DNA of 64,000 bases from a virus. A program made the translations under genes and the position numbers. Below, piece by piece: positions 21,285 through 32,400 of this stretch. Position 1 is the first letter of the stretch. Every line of letters begins with the position of its first letter. The stretch lies in IMG/VR virus record IMGVR_UViG_3300028394_003336. One strand, given 5' to 3'. The notes beneath the pieces are model-generated. The model saw nothing but the letters and a program-made list of their open reading frames with translations, ran no database searches and was not told where the DNA came from.

Positions 21285-23147
21285 TTAAACGAGTGTGACT
21301 TCACAAGCTCCACCCGCGCATGCTACCTCTCCACTTAAATCGGTATCATCATCCATTTCAACAATTTTTGATAAATCAACATCATGAAGAGCCTTCATTA
21401 ATTCTTCGTATTTGTCTTTTGTACAATCTTCAAACGGTGCTTGAATATAACTTCCACCATCATAAGGTAATACTGAAAGACCATTGTAATATTCTTTATT
21501 TTCCCACATCCACTCTCCAACTGCTGGCCACTCATGCTCTCTAATTGAGATTGTTGCCGATACGTTATGTGCATTATTTCCATTTCTATGTCCAGGTTTA
21601 ATCCATTCTTGTTGAACTTTTTTCACTCTTTCCAATAATTGGATTGGTGATTCGTTTCTTAAGATTGACCCTTCAGGTGCTTTTTGTGGTATTCCAATAA
21701 CCGCAGTATCGTGTGGTCTAAAATATTCATCTTCAACTAATTCAGGATGATTATTTTTTAAATGTGAATAAATTGCTTCATTCTTACCAACTCTAACTCT
21801 TCTCACATAATATTCATTATGCCAAGCGTGAATACCTGATGATGTACCTAAAGTTAATGATGTAGTTCCCGCAGGTTTAACTGTTGTTGTTCTTGCCGAT
21901 GCGTTAATATTCAATAATTCTGCAACTCTTTTGTTTTCTTCTTTAACTACTTTAGCAGCTGATTTCATGTTTAAACCTAAAACAGCTCCTGAACCGATAC
22001 CTGTCATTGATATTCCAATCAACGCGTCTTTCTCGGTTGTTCTTTGCCATATTGGTCTCAAATAGTGAAAGTTAGTATATCCCGCTTGTAATGTTCCAAT
22101 GAAGGATGCCGCTCTAACTCTATCTTCATAATCTTCTTGAGATACAACGTTAGATACGTTAACCTCTGTAAGATTACAGAATTGGAATGGTCTTAAAGCA
22201 ATTTCACAACAAGGGTTAGTTCCCCAATCTTTATCATTACTTAAGTAGATACCAGGTTCTCCTGCTCCACTTGCTTCAATTCTCTTCCATAATTCCATGA
22301 AGTAGTCTTTGGTAATTTTGTGTCTCATCAAAACTGCAGAGTTATTTGCTCTACCTCTTTGTGGATTTGTTTCCCACCAAGCTCCACTCTTACATCCAAT
22401 CATTTCTTCGTCAGTTGCTGAGAATAATGAAATAAGTGCCGCTCTTCTGATACCACCAGCTAATACTGCATCTGCAATATGACAAACGATATCATGTACT
22501 TCAATTGGTTTTAATCTTTCACCACCTTCTTTTGAATCTAAGATTCCTTCAACCTTAATTAAACATTCTTTCAATGGTTGAGGACCAGGAGCTTTACCAC
22601 CTGATGTGATAAGTCTTGCACCTTTTGGTCTGATGTCACTGAAGTCAAATTCAATTTTTGAACCACCAAAGAAGTATGATTTAACTAACACTTTAACAGC
22701 GTCAGCCCATCCTTCAATTGAATCGGCTACTAACCATCTTCTTCCTCTTTCTTTATTTGGTTTTCTGATTTCAGGTAAAGTATCAACGTGATGTTTTTGT
22801 ACTGAGTAACCAACACCTGTTCCACCCAAAAGTAAGAACATGATTTCAGAGAATACTCTCCAGTCATCAATCGGTGCGAAGGCACAGTTGTAAATTCTGT
22901 TAGGTGAGATTTCAATTGGTTTTCCTGCGAACTGCATTGACCTCATTGAGGGTAATACTTGTTTTCTGAAAACGTACATGTAATTCTCACGAATTTCTTT
23001 TTCTAATTTAGGATATTGCTTAATATGCATCTCCACGTTTCTTGAAACTAATTCTTGCCAAGTTTCTCTTCTTTTTAGTTCAGGGATATACTTTGCGTAT
23101 TTCATATACACAGTTATATCCGATAAAATTCTGTTTGAAATGTCCAT
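21285..23147 (-). CDS. nrdJ: Class II (adenosylcobalamin-dependent) ribonucleotide reductase, monomeric RTPR-type
   Basis: NCAF, GGIRRAA, TNPCCEI, VKPAGT motifs and C-terminal CAGGAC; no adjacent beta subunit. Confidence 0.9.
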   Translation of the reverse strand: MDISNRILSDITVYMKYAKYIPELKRRETWQELVSRNVEMHIKQYPKLEKEIRENYMYVFRKQVLPSMRSMQFAGKPIEISPNRIYNCAFAPIDDWRVFSEIMFLLLGGTGVGYSVQKHHVDTLPEIRKPNKERGRRWLVADSIEGWADAVKVLVKSYFFGGSKIEFDFSDIRPKGARLITSGGKAPGPQPLKECLIKVEGILDSKEGGERLKPIEVHDIVCHIADAVLAGGIRRAALISLFSATDEEMIGCKSGAWWETNPQRGRANNSAVLMRHKITKDYFMELWKRIEASGAGEPGIYLSNDKDWGTNPCCEIALRPFQFCNLTEVNVSNVVSQEDYEDRVRAASFIGTLQAGYTNFHYLRPIWQRTTEKDALIGISMTGIGSGAVLGLNMKSAAKVVKEENKRVAELLNINASARTTTVKPAGTTSLTLGTSSGIHAWHNEYYVRRVRVGKNEAIYSHLKNNHPELVEDEYFRPHDTAVIGIPQKAPEGSILRNESPIQLLERVKKVQQEWIKPGHRNGNNAHNVSATISIREHEWPAVGEWMWENKEYYNGLSVLPYDGGSYIQAPFEDCTKDKYEELMKALHDVDLSKIVEMDDDTDLSGEVACAGGACEVTLV

Positions 23148-23280
23148 CTTTGTAAATTTTTAGGTGTGGTTATTTTATTAAAAAATCAACGATTTTTATG
23201 ATAAATATGTGGTCGAACACCAATCGACCAACAATTTAGATTAAAAAAATAAGTTTTTTTTTAAAAAAGTAGATATTTAA

Positions 23281-24663
23281 TTAAATGGTTTTTTGTTGAG
23301 ATTCTCTCTCTTTTCTTTTTTCAAGAAGTTCCTTAACCCTATCTCTCTTTCTTTCCTCTTGTTGCTCCTCAAAGCCCAAGAATGTAACTGATGAGTCAGT
23401 ATCTATTTCAAGAAGTTCATTGTTGAACTTACAGTTTTCAAAGACAACTCCGTCTTTACCAAGACGTGACTTTGTAATGGCAATCGTTGCTAAATTCATT
23501 TCCTTTTGTTGAAGACTCTTAGCCACAGTGATGATTACGTGTCCAACTTGAGCTTTCTTAATTGAACCACCCATTTGGTCTGTTGTTACAACTTCAGATG
23601 AAATTGAACTTCTATTACCTTGAGTTGCTGTCCAACCAACAAGATTAAGTTCGTGACACATTGCTTCAAAACCTCTCATTATTGAACCTTCAGCTTTCCA
23701 CTCATCTTTAGAACTTGATTCAGGTAATACACAATCAATATAATCCAATAAGATTAAATCAATCTTGTTTCCATCGGCAATCATTTTTCTAACTTGATTT
23801 TTGATTTGACTCATGGTTGTTGTATCAGAAGCAAGTTTTTTAAGAATTAACTTGTTCTTCATTGTTTCTTGAATCTCAGTAATTTTTCCTATCACTTCTT
23901 CTTTGTGAAGAGCCAAATTATCTGGTTCAATACCTGTCCATATGGTAAAGTGCTTTCTTTGAACAATCTTTGGGTTATCCTCAAAAAATATTTGAAGAAC
24001 ATTGTATCCCAAGTTGAAAGCTGTGTTTGCAATTTTAGTAAGAATGGTAGTTTTACCAACTCCCGTTGGAGCCAATATAACACCAATCTCACCTTTGGCT
24101 AATCCGCCTTTAAGTAATCTATCAATACCCGCAATTCCCATCGGGATTGGATGTCTATAGTCCTCGTCCAATACTGTGTCAAGTCCCATGAAGATATCAG
24201 TAACATTCTTTTCAACTTCACCTACCTGAAGGGCCTCTCTAACCAGTCCTTCAACTTTGTCATAAGATTCAAAATCACCCTCTGTGATAATTTTTTGAGC
24301 CCTATCCATCGCTTTTTGAAGCTCTTGTTGTTTACAGAACTTTAAGGCTTTTTCTTGTACAAAAACCGTCCCTTCAAATGGTGCGTCTTTGATTTGCTTT
24401 AGAGTATCCAAAACAATCTTCGCAACCAATTCCTGTGTGATTTCAGACTTAACAATCTGTTCCAAAGTATCAAAGTTAGGACAAGATTCATATTTTGAAT
24501 GATACTCCTTAATCATCTGTAAAATGATTTTAAAGTACTTGTTGTCAAAATAAGAACTCTCAATCACATCAATAATTGATGATGCAAAATCTTTGTCCTC
24601 TATGATTTGGTTAATTAATTGTAGTTGGAATGTATTTCCTAAGTAATCAAAATTTTTATTCAT
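23281..24663 (-). CDS. Replicative DNA helicase (DnaB / T4 gp41-like)
   Basis: Walker A APTGVGKT, LLDYID, WTATQGNR, KSRLG. Confidence 0.9.
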   Translation of the reverse strand: MNKNFDYLGNTFQLQLINQIIEDKDFASSIIDVIESSYFDNKYFKIILQMIKEYHSKYESCPNFDTLEQIVKSEITQELVAKIVLDTLKQIKDAPFEGTVFVQEKALKFCKQQELQKAMDRAQKIITEGDFESYDKVEGLVREALQVGEVEKNVTDIFMGLDTVLDEDYRHPIPMGIAGIDRLLKGGLAKGEIGVILAPTGVGKTTILTKIANTAFNLGYNVLQIFFEDNPKIVQRKHFTIWTGIEPDNLALHKEEVIGKITEIQETMKNKLILKKLASDTTTMSQIKNQVRKMIADGNKIDLILLDYIDCVLPESSSKDEWKAEGSIMRGFEAMCHELNLVGWTATQGNRSSISSEVVTTDQMGGSIKKAQVGHVIITVAKSLQQKEMNLATIAITKSRLGKDGVVFENCKFNNELLEIDTDSSVTFLGFEEQQEERKRDRVKELLEKRKERESQQKTI

Positions 24664-24698
24664 ATCTTCTTTTCTATCCCCCTTGTATTATTAAATAG

Positions 24699-25151
24699 TT
24701 ACTTACTCAAATCAAATTCCAAATATTTGTAACTTAATTTGTTATTTGAAAAAATGTCAGTCAGTTCTCTTAAGACATCTTTCAAAAATGGTCTTACGTC
24801 AACCGTATAACGAACTTTTGGCGGATATCTTTTTCCGTCAAAAACTCTATGACAAATTGTCTGTTCCCCAACCTTAACAAAAAGGTTAAAAACTTCAGCT
24901 TCGTCAGTGAATGATGTGTTCATAATTGAAGCATCATGTTCAATAGAATCTCTGTTGTCCATCATATAAACAACTGTTTTCATTTTCAAATAATAATGTA
25001 ATTCTTCACTCAAAGATTTCATGAATTCATACAAGTCTAAAGAGTTCTTTGCCTTAGGATTATAATTCCTAACATTAAAGAATCTCTGTACGACAATGTT
25101 GTCGTTAAGAGTTAAAAGGAATTCCATTTTGGTGCTGTCCATCTCTTTCAT
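24699..25151 (-). CDS. Hypothetical protein in replication cluster
   Basis: 150-aa ORF between exonuclease and helicase; no motif recognised. Confidence 0.6.
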   Translation of the reverse strand: MKEMDSTKMEFLLTLNDNIVVQRFFNVRNYNPKAKNSLDLYEFMKSLSEELHYYLKMKTVVYMMDNRDSIEHDASIMNTSFTDEAEVFNLFVKVGEQTICHRVFDGKRYPPKVRYTVDVRPFLKDVLRELTDIFSNNKLSYKYLEFDLSK

Positions 25152-25155
25152 AATT

Positions 25156-26151
25156 TTAATTTTTGTTTCGTTTTTCTTTTCTAATAAGTTTCATAAATGG
25201 TTTTAGGAAGTTTACCCAAGCTTCATCATTCTTAGGTAGGTAATTAAAGAGACCGTCTTCCATCATCAGTCTCATTAAATTTTTATATCCTCTATCGGTG
25301 GGGTCTATTGTATCGGTGTGAATTTGTTCTACAAGTTGTTTTCCTTCATTAGTTATCAGAGGGCTATGAAGGTCAACGATTTTAGAGTTTATTGTATAGA
25401 ACTCTTCTCCAAGAATACCGCTTTTTGTCTTACCAGTCAAAATATTTGACAAACTTTTCATAGGTTTCTTTTGCGGGATATTTCGTGCAATATCCAATAA
25501 TTCTTGGACAGTGCATGTTTTTTCCTGCATTTGTGGGAATAATTTAACGAGGGTTTTTTCACCTAATCCCTCAATACCTTGAATGTTATCTGATTTATCT
25601 CCCGTAAAGATTTTACACACGGTTACATTCTGATGAGGAATGTCCACCTTGTTAATAGAAATCTTGTCACCATTTTTGTAATACTGTTTGTGAACTGGGG
25701 AATAAATTGTAACCCATTCGGATATGAGTTGGGTGAGGTCTTTGTCACCTGAGAATATAATAATGTTTTCGTCTAGGGAAATTTTGCAATAATATGCAAT
25801 TAAGTCATCGGCTTCGTTATTTGCCATTTCAACCTGTCGTACAAATATCTCCTCCAAATACGTCTTAACTCTTGCCTTTTGTTGCAAGTAAGATTCATAT
25901 TTGTACTCGTTCATATCTTGTCTTCGGTTACCCTTATATTGTGGGTATATACTTTTTCTGATGGATGAATTTGAATCACCATCCCAAAATACTACCACCT
26001 TATCGTGGTTATGCTCTTCAAGAAAACGACGTAGTGTATTAATGAAGTGATACACTCCACCCACATGACTACCGTCTGTATAGAGTTCTTTTACTCCATG
26101 AAATCCAATTTTAAATAGGTTGTCTCCGTCAACCAATAGGGTCTTACTCAC
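25156..26151 (-). CDS. 5'-3' exonuclease / flap endonuclease (T4 RNase H / PolI N-terminal-like)
   Basis: LLVDG, YKGNR, EADD, SGDKDLTQL, GDKSDNIQGIEGLGEKT motifs. Confidence 0.92.
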   Translation of the reverse strand: MSKTLLVDGDNLFKIGFHGVKELYTDGSHVGGVYHFINTLRRFLEEHNHDKVVVFWDGDSNSSIRKSIYPQYKGNRRQDMNEYKYESYLQQKARVKTYLEEIFVRQVEMANNEADDLIAYYCKISLDENIIIFSGDKDLTQLISEWVTIYSPVHKQYYKNGDKISINKVDIPHQNVTVCKIFTGDKSDNIQGIEGLGEKTLVKLFPQMQEKTCTVQELLDIARNIPQKKPMKSLSNILTGKTKSGILGEEFYTINSKIVDLHSPLITNEGKQLVEQIHTDTIDPTDRGYKNLMRLMMEDGLFNYLPKNDEAWVNFLKPFMKLIRKEKRNKN

Positions 26152-26171
26152 ATCTCTTTTTTAGAGGGTTA

Positions 26172-27200
26172 CTAATCTTCTTTCTCTTCTTTTAAATCAA
26201 AATCGCCATCCGTACCAATAATGTCTTTCCAATATTCGGCATATTCTTTCTTATACTTTTCAATTGAAGCTTTTTCTTCAGTTGTTTCTTTTCCTGCCAA
26301 GAACCCGTGTGGTGTAACGATAATTCTACCGTCATCAAATCCTAAACCATTGATGTGGTTCTTTAACACAGACACCTTACTTCTAACTGCGAACTTAATA
26401 GAACGCTTATCTTTAGTTGCAGTAATCTTAGTTGTACCAGCACCTTTTTGGTTACCAAATAAAAATACTAATGATGAGTTTAACCATACAGCGTTTCCAC
26501 CTTTAGCCATAATCTTTGGTTGTCCAAATGGATTATCAGGTAATTCAACCCAAGGTTGATTGATGATAATTAAAGTATTCTCCCATTTAGAATCGGCCTT
26601 TCTTGAACCTGAAATTCTTTGGTTAATACCCATACCAATCTTGTCTGATAATACAGAGGCGTTATGTTGTTTACCACCCTTACCGTCAAAGGTCATCTTA
26701 CATGGTACAGAACCCACTGAGTCCCATATAAAGCACAAGCTTGGTGATTGTACTCCATCCTCATCTTCGTAGTCTAATTCACCCTTTTCTTGAGCATCTA
26801 ACAATGAGTTGATGTAGTCTGTAATTTGTTCAATATAACTGAAGTTATTGTTGAAGATGAAAAATCCGCCCCAATCCATTTCTCCTGTTTGTTCGTCAAC
26901 AATCTCATCACATTCAAAACCCATAAGTTTTGCGTGGTCAAAAGACCATTTCTGTTCTGTAATAACAAAAACAGGTAATATCTTTTTCTTTTGACAATCA
27001 ACTGCCGCCTTAATTGCTGCCGTTGTTTTACCTGTATCTGAGTGACCCAAGAACATATTCAAGTGTCCAATTGCTGGTCCTGGTAAACCTACCGCGTCTA
27101 AGAAATCTCCACCTAAGTCAAGAAATCTTTGAGGCTTATATTTTGCGGAAGTTGAAAACTTCTCCTTAACTTTATTAAAGTTGTTCTTCTTTATTGCCAT
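26172..27200 (-). CDS. RecA/UvsX-like recombinase
   Basis: Walker A GHSDTGKT, WDSVG Walker B, IINQ, GGNA, KNH motifs; next to SSB. Confidence 0.85.
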   Translation of the reverse strand: MAIKKNNFNKVKEKFSTSAKYKPQRFLDLGGDFLDAVGLPGPAIGHLNMFLGHSDTGKTTAAIKAAVDCQKKKILPVFVITEQKWSFDHAKLMGFECDEIVDEQTGEMDWGGFFIFNNNFSYIEQITDYINSLLDAQEKGELDYEDEDGVQSPSLCFIWDSVGSVPCKMTFDGKGGKQHNASVLSDKIGMGINQRISGSRKADSKWENTLIIINQPWVELPDNPFGQPKIMAKGGNAVWLNSSLVFLFGNQKGAGTTKITATKDKRSIKFAVRSKVSVLKNHINGLGFDDGRIIVTPHGFLAGKETTEEKASIEKYKKEYAEYWKDIIGTDGDFDLKEEKED

Positions 27201-27483
27201 TTTGTATCCTTTTTATGTTCGGTAATTTATTTATTTTGTTTTGGTTGTAAAATATGCTGTCTTCTTCGTAAAGTACCCCAACCTCATCTTCATGAAATGT
27301 AATTAACGAGATTGGTAACTCACCTTCTTTACTGTCTTCTCTCAACATACCAAACAAAACAGTATCACCGATTTGTTTACTTCTACCTGAGAAGTAATTC
27401 TTGTCTTTTAGTTGACTTAGGAATTCATAAGATAAAGTTTTGTTATCTCTTAATTGTAAGTCTATTTCTTCTTTGAACTTCAT
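27175..27483 (-). CDS. Hypothetical protein
   Basis: Preferred ATG at 27483 (MKFKEEIDL), just downstream of the SSB terminator. Confidence 0.55.
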   Translation of the reverse strand: MKFKEEIDLQLRDNKTLSYEFLSQLKDKNYFSGRSKQIGDTVLFGMLREDSKEGELPISLITFHEDEVGVLYEEDSIFYNQNKINKLPNIKRIQNGNKEEQL

Positions 27484-27486
27484 GTG

Positions 27487-27517
27487 AAAAAAAATAAGGG
27501 TGGCTTTCACCACCCTT
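27487..27517 (-). terminator. Intrinsic terminator after SSB
   Basis: Minus strand AAGGGTGG-tgaaag-CCACCCTT then ATTTTTTTT. Confidence 0.85.
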
Positions 27518-27527
27518 GGTTATAAAA

Positions 27528-28382
27528 TTAGAACGGTAAATCCGAATCTACGTCAGCGTCAGCTTGTGGGTCTTCAACTTTCTTAGAAGTTGATTTTGAA
27601 CCTCCAATTGTTTCTTCAGATACAGTTGCGTCTCCGTAAACATATCCACCTTTTTCGCTATCCCATTTTGGAGTTTCTCCTCTTGCGATTGCCTCAAGAT
27701 ATTCTACAGGTTTTTTAGAGTAAACATCGTTCCATGTTAACTCGTCATTAATCCAAGCGTCTGATTGTTCTTTTTCTGCGTGAACAGGTCCTTGGTCTTC
27801 ATACATAATTGCAGATACGGTTGTGTATTCTTTTCCTTTTGGAGTTTTTGACTTAGCCAATTCAATGATAAGGTCACGACCAACTGTTGGGTCAGTGATA
27901 TCACCTTTGTTTCTCCAAATTGGAATGATTTTGTCCAAGATACCTTCGTTCTTGTAATTGTGTTTGAATCTCCAAAACTTTGGTCCGTCTTCTTCATGGT
28001 CTCTATCAATAACCTTCACGATGTAAAACTTACGTGATTTGTATTGTTTTGCCAATTCCTTGTCGGATTCTTTTCCTGTTGCCATTAACTCTTCGTAAAC
28101 CTCATTTAAAGGTGAACGTTCGTTGTTATTCTTTGCTGGGTCGTAGAACTTTTGCCATTGACCACCAACTTGAATTTCATGATACCAAGCTTCTTTGAAT
28201 GGTGAAGAACCATCTGGTGTAGGGAGAATTCTAATCTTCCTTTGACCTGATTTCTCTTTATCCCCAAGGATTAAAGCGAAATACTTTTTCATTCTTTCGT
28301 CTTGCGACATTTTTGATTGGGCCCCGCCCCCAAATTGATTTTTTTCATACTGTGCCAATACGGCGTCTAGTGCATTACTCAT
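27528..28382 (-). CDS. Single-stranded DNA-binding protein (T4 gp32-like)
   Basis: IRILP, DITDP..GRDL motifs, acidic C-terminal tail ending DSDLPF. Confidence 0.85.
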   Translation of the reverse strand: MSNALDAVLAQYEKNQFGGGAQSKMSQDERMKKYFALILGDKEKSGQRKIRILPTPDGSSPFKEAWYHEIQVGGQWQKFYDPAKNNNERSPLNEVYEELMATGKESDKELAKQYKSRKFYIVKVIDRDHEEDGPKFWRFKHNYKNEGILDKIIPIWRNKGDITDPTVGRDLIIELAKSKTPKGKEYTTVSAIMYEDQGPVHAEKEQSDAWINDELTWNDVYSKKPVEYLEAIARGETPKWDSEKGGYVYGDATVSEETIGGSKSTSKKVEDPQADADVDSDLPF

Positions 28383-28406
28383 TTTTAAGTGTTTTATTGT
28401 TTATTA

Positions 28407-28435
28407 AATATAATTGGGAAATCCCGATATGTCAA
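28407..28435 (-). promoter_or_regulatory. Sigma70-like early promoter for the SSB/replication genes
   Basis: TTGACA-N17-TATATT; spacer holds the near-palindrome ATCGGGA-TT-TCCCAAT. Confidence 0.7.
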
Positions 28436-28438
28436 ATT

Positions 28439-28467
28439 AAAAAGGGACTTTTCAGTCCCCTTTTTTT
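28439..28467 (-). terminator. Intrinsic, possibly bidirectional, terminator
   Basis: GGGACT-tttc-AGTCCC flanked by A and T runs at the stop of the 28466-29149 gene. Confidence 0.75.
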
Positions 28468-29149
28468 ATCTTTTAAATTCGTTGTCGTAACTATCGCCAC
28501 CTCCTGGTTGGAATGACCCTTTGATATCACTTGTGTTAATATCTTCAACTTCATCTGAAGTTAATACATATTCATGTTTACCAGTCTTTTCCATATCTTC
28601 TTGTTTGTCATCAAAGAATTGGGAAAGTTTTTGGTTAAATGGATATGAATCCAAAGTTCTTAATTCCATTTTTTCTTGTGGAGTTTTTTCTCTGTATTTC
28701 TCTATTTTATTTTCAAGAGAATTCAACTTGTTCATAATAGAATCCATCTCACCTAATTTAGATTCTAAGTTTGAAAGTTGACTGAATAAATTTTGAAAAT
28801 ATTCTTCTTGTTTTGTTTCAATATTTTTTTGTGAATCTACTAAATCAGTGATATCTAATTCTTCAGTACCACTACCCTCATCTTTCTTTTTTTCAGAATT
28901 TCCTTCATCGTCAATCTTCTCAACGTCAGGGTCATTCTCAATATCAATTGGTTGAGGTGTTTCAGGTGCTGCAGGTGGTATTCCTTCAGCTGGCGCTGGT
29001 GGAGGTGGTGCTCCCGCTCCTACTTCACCAGGTGCTGGAGCTAATGCCCCTAAATCTGGTGGTGGAGGTGCTGCCGCTTGCTCCAAGATATAGTTATTAA
29101 TATTCCTGTATCTTTCAATCTCGCTTATAATTTTTTTATCTAAACTCAT
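28466..29149 (-). CDS. Acidic Pro/Ala-rich coiled-coil protein (possible scaffold/internal head protein)
   Basis: AAAPPPP tract, acidic linker, heptad region; function inferred only. Confidence 0.5.
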   Translation of the reverse strand: MSLDKKIISEIERYRNINNYILEQAAAPPPPDLGALAPAPGEVGAGAPPPPAPAEGIPPAAPETPQPIDIENDPDVEKIDDEGNSEKKKDEGSGTEELDITDLVDSQKNIETKQEEYFQNLFSQLSNLESKLGEMDSIMNKLNSLENKIEKYREKTPQEKMELRTLDSYPFNQKLSQFFDDKQEDMEKTGKHEYVLTSDEVEDINTSDIKGSFQPGGGDSYDNEFKR

Positions 29150-29153
29150 TTTT

Positions 29154-29378
29154 TTATCCGTTTAATAATGTTTTAACTCCTCTTGAAGTTTCAACTCTAA
29201 CTTTTCTGTTTATTGTTGTTTGGTATCCCGCTCTTTCAATAAGACCGTCTCTTTCTCTAACGGTGTAACAATCGCCTGTGTCTAAATCACAAACTTGTTT
29301 TGTTCCATCTCCGTTATCTTCCTCAGAATATCTTACTGATTTTCCAAGGTAATTGTCTAATGCTGATTTTAAATTCAT
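29154..29378 (-). CDS. Hypothetical protein
   Basis: 74 aa, upstream TATTTAT at 29393-29399, CDLDTGDC motif. Confidence 0.6.
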   Translation of the reverse strand: MNLKSALDNYLGKSVRYSEEDNGDGTKQVCDLDTGDCYTVRERDGLIERAGYQTTINRKVRVETSRGVKTLLNG

Positions 29379-29409
29379 AAAAATCTTTTTATATAAATAT
29401 ATTGTTATC

Positions 29410-32400
29410 CTATAAAGTGAAAGGCGGACTTGTTACAGTTCCTGTTACTAACTCAACCGAATTAGTATTTGGATTTGTCCATTTCAAATCACTTGAAGTA
29501 TAGTCTATAGACATTTGGAATGTTCCTATATTTTTTACTTCAATAACATTCGTGTATTTTGTATCAGTACCATTGGTAATTACAATTGTCGTGTCATTTG
29601 AATTTGATATTGCAACCACATTAGGTGATTTAATTGTTAGTAAATTTGGACATACAAATCTTAATGTAATGTACCCACCCGCAGGTTTTTTAACATTATA
29701 ATATGATGTTCCGTTATAGTCAGGTAAACCACCACTAAAAGTTTCTCCCACTCTAATCAAAGACCCTGGTTGAGCATTAAGTACTGATGCAAGTAAAGCT
29801 GCAGGAGACAAAGGTGAATCTGTTACAGGTTTATTATAAACAAAGTTAAAAGATTGTATTGTTGGTTGAGGATATTTAACCTTATCAACCGCATCCGCGG
29901 TAATCACAAATTGAATTGATACCACCTCATCAGGTTTTATTGGCGTTGTGTTAAATGGTACTATTGGGGTATCAAATAAAAGTGTTTTAATATTGTCATG
30001 TGTTATTGCGAAAATATTATTAACAACATAATTAGATAACGTAGTTTCAACCGTTGTTTTTAAAGTTTGAGTTGTGTTGTTGTTTACCACTGTTCTATTA
30101 AACACAGAAACGGTCATCTTAACAAACTTTTTAATATTCCAAACACCCGCATCTGTATTAACACTAACAGTTAATTTATCAGTTACATCAGGTGGAGATT
30201 TGGCTTCATATTTTGAAACCAATGTTACAGGTGCAGTATTTTGTGGATTAGTATTAGAGTTCATAGATGGTGAAACTGTTGAGGTTTGATTATTACCCGC
30301 ATACCCACCTGGAGACGCCGCCTCAGCTGCGATAACTGATGGGTCGTATTTGAATAATGTTGTCGTAAGGTACTCACCATATTCACCACTAACAAGTTTA
30401 ATTTTTCCTTCTGTGAGAATACCCGTCCCAATTTGTGGTAAAGTTACTCTTAAGGTTTCTTTATTAAGTATAGTAACATTGTTGTTATCTTTGACAACAA
30501 TTTCAGTATTTGCTATAAAAATCTTAGTTACAACATCTAAGTTTGTTCCATTGATTTGTAAAATAGTTCCTTTATTTCCAACTAACGGTGAGAATGTTGT
30601 AATTGTGGCTGGTGGACAAACTTGTCCTGGCAATACAGGTACTGGTGTTGGAGTTGTTTTAACTCCTGTTTGTTTAAGTTTTTCCTCAACCTTTTTCAAC
30701 TCAGCAATTAACTCTTTTCTTGTTACTTCTTTAATAATTCCGACCTTAACACATGATTGTAATGCTTCTTTAAATGTATTTCTAACTTCTGTATATAAAG
30801 ATAAATTGGATTGATAATAACTAACACTAACATTTTCTTTTGGCCAGTTACAAACATAATATTGTGGTAAACCACCAGATGTTTGGGCTGGGTCTAAAAT
30901 TCTTGGCACATTCTTTTCAAGTCTTGCCGCCATAAATTTAATATACGAATCTACATCAATAAACCCTACCAATGGTTCTGATGTTCCATTTGGTAACCCA
31001 CTTCCTTTTACATTAATACAAGAATATTGTTTTACAAAATACTCTGTTGTTGGTGCCCAATTAATATATAATGAAATACCTCCAAAGTTATTGTTAAATC
31101 CATTAAATTGACTATTACCTTTTGTTCCACTATTTTTAACATAACTTCTAACATATGATATTGAATATATAACCGCTTGTAGTGCCTCTTTTCCTGGTAA
31201 TAATGCAATTAATTTATTCGCAAACTCTTGTGGATTTATGTATGTTGGTTTTGGTGGGACATTTACATAATCAGGATAAGCATTAACATCAACATTACTT
31301 ACACAACTATTTGAAGCATCTACCGTATTGTCCGCTTTTTGAACCACTTGAGCAGTTTTTTGATTATTAGTAATACCTTGAATAGTTGGAATATCTTTTT
31401 TGATTTTTAAAATTTCTGAAAGTTTGGTTAATAGATTTTGATTAATACTTTGTAAGAAATTATCTATCGCAGGTAAATCGTATATACCTTGTCTAACTCC
31501 TGTGAAACTAGTTTGGAAATTTCCTGGTTGAATTTGGTGTTGTACATCCAAAATCATATAAGGTCCATTAAACATGGGAACATGTCTAAGGTTAAAATAC
31601 ATTGATGGTTGTAACATTGCGTTACCCAAACAAGTTACCGTTGCCTTATAACTTCTTTGCTTATAGATGTTATACAAACTGGCATTTTGTGTTGCAACAT
31701 TTTTACCTGTTGCATTGTTGGTCATGTTAATTAAAGTGTTAATTGCTTCAGAAGTCGCAAGCCCATTATCTTGTGAAACACTAAATGAATAAAATATATT
31801 TTGATTTCTTGTTCCAATATCAACATTAAATCCAACACATTTGTTTGATAATCCCCAATCTTTTTTACCTTGTTGATTTTCAATTAACGGATTTTCAGAA
31901 GCTCTTCTTAACTCAAATGAATCATCTCTGAATCTAAAATTACCTTTAGGTAGGGCCAAATAATTTGACGGTCTTGGAGAATAAAAACAAACCATCTTTG
32001 GGCTAGATTTTCTATAATCAACATCTAAAAACGTACCCCACATATTATTCGCAAACTCTAATGAACCTTCCGCTTGTGGTACCTCAGTGCCATCAATATC
32101 TTGTACATTATAAAAATTAACATACGCAGGTAGATTCATAACCACGAAATTATTCTTGATTAAGATACTTGCAACAAGACTGTAAACACTCATCGCATTA
32201 TTTAAAGAATCTTTATCAAGCATTCCTTGAATATCAAAAATATCTATTAGAATTGTATCTCCGATGTTTCTTGACGCTCTATCCAAAAACAACATATCTT
32301 CAAATAAAGTTTTTGTTCTAAAGTCATCACCCGCAATCCACTTATCATTTATAGCCTTGAATGTTTCCCAAAGTTCAACTTTAGGTTGTTCTCCACTAAC

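Noticed and set aside
23148-23280. Cobalamin riboswitch before nrdJ
   Set aside because: Gap is short, very AT-rich and has no recognisable B12 box
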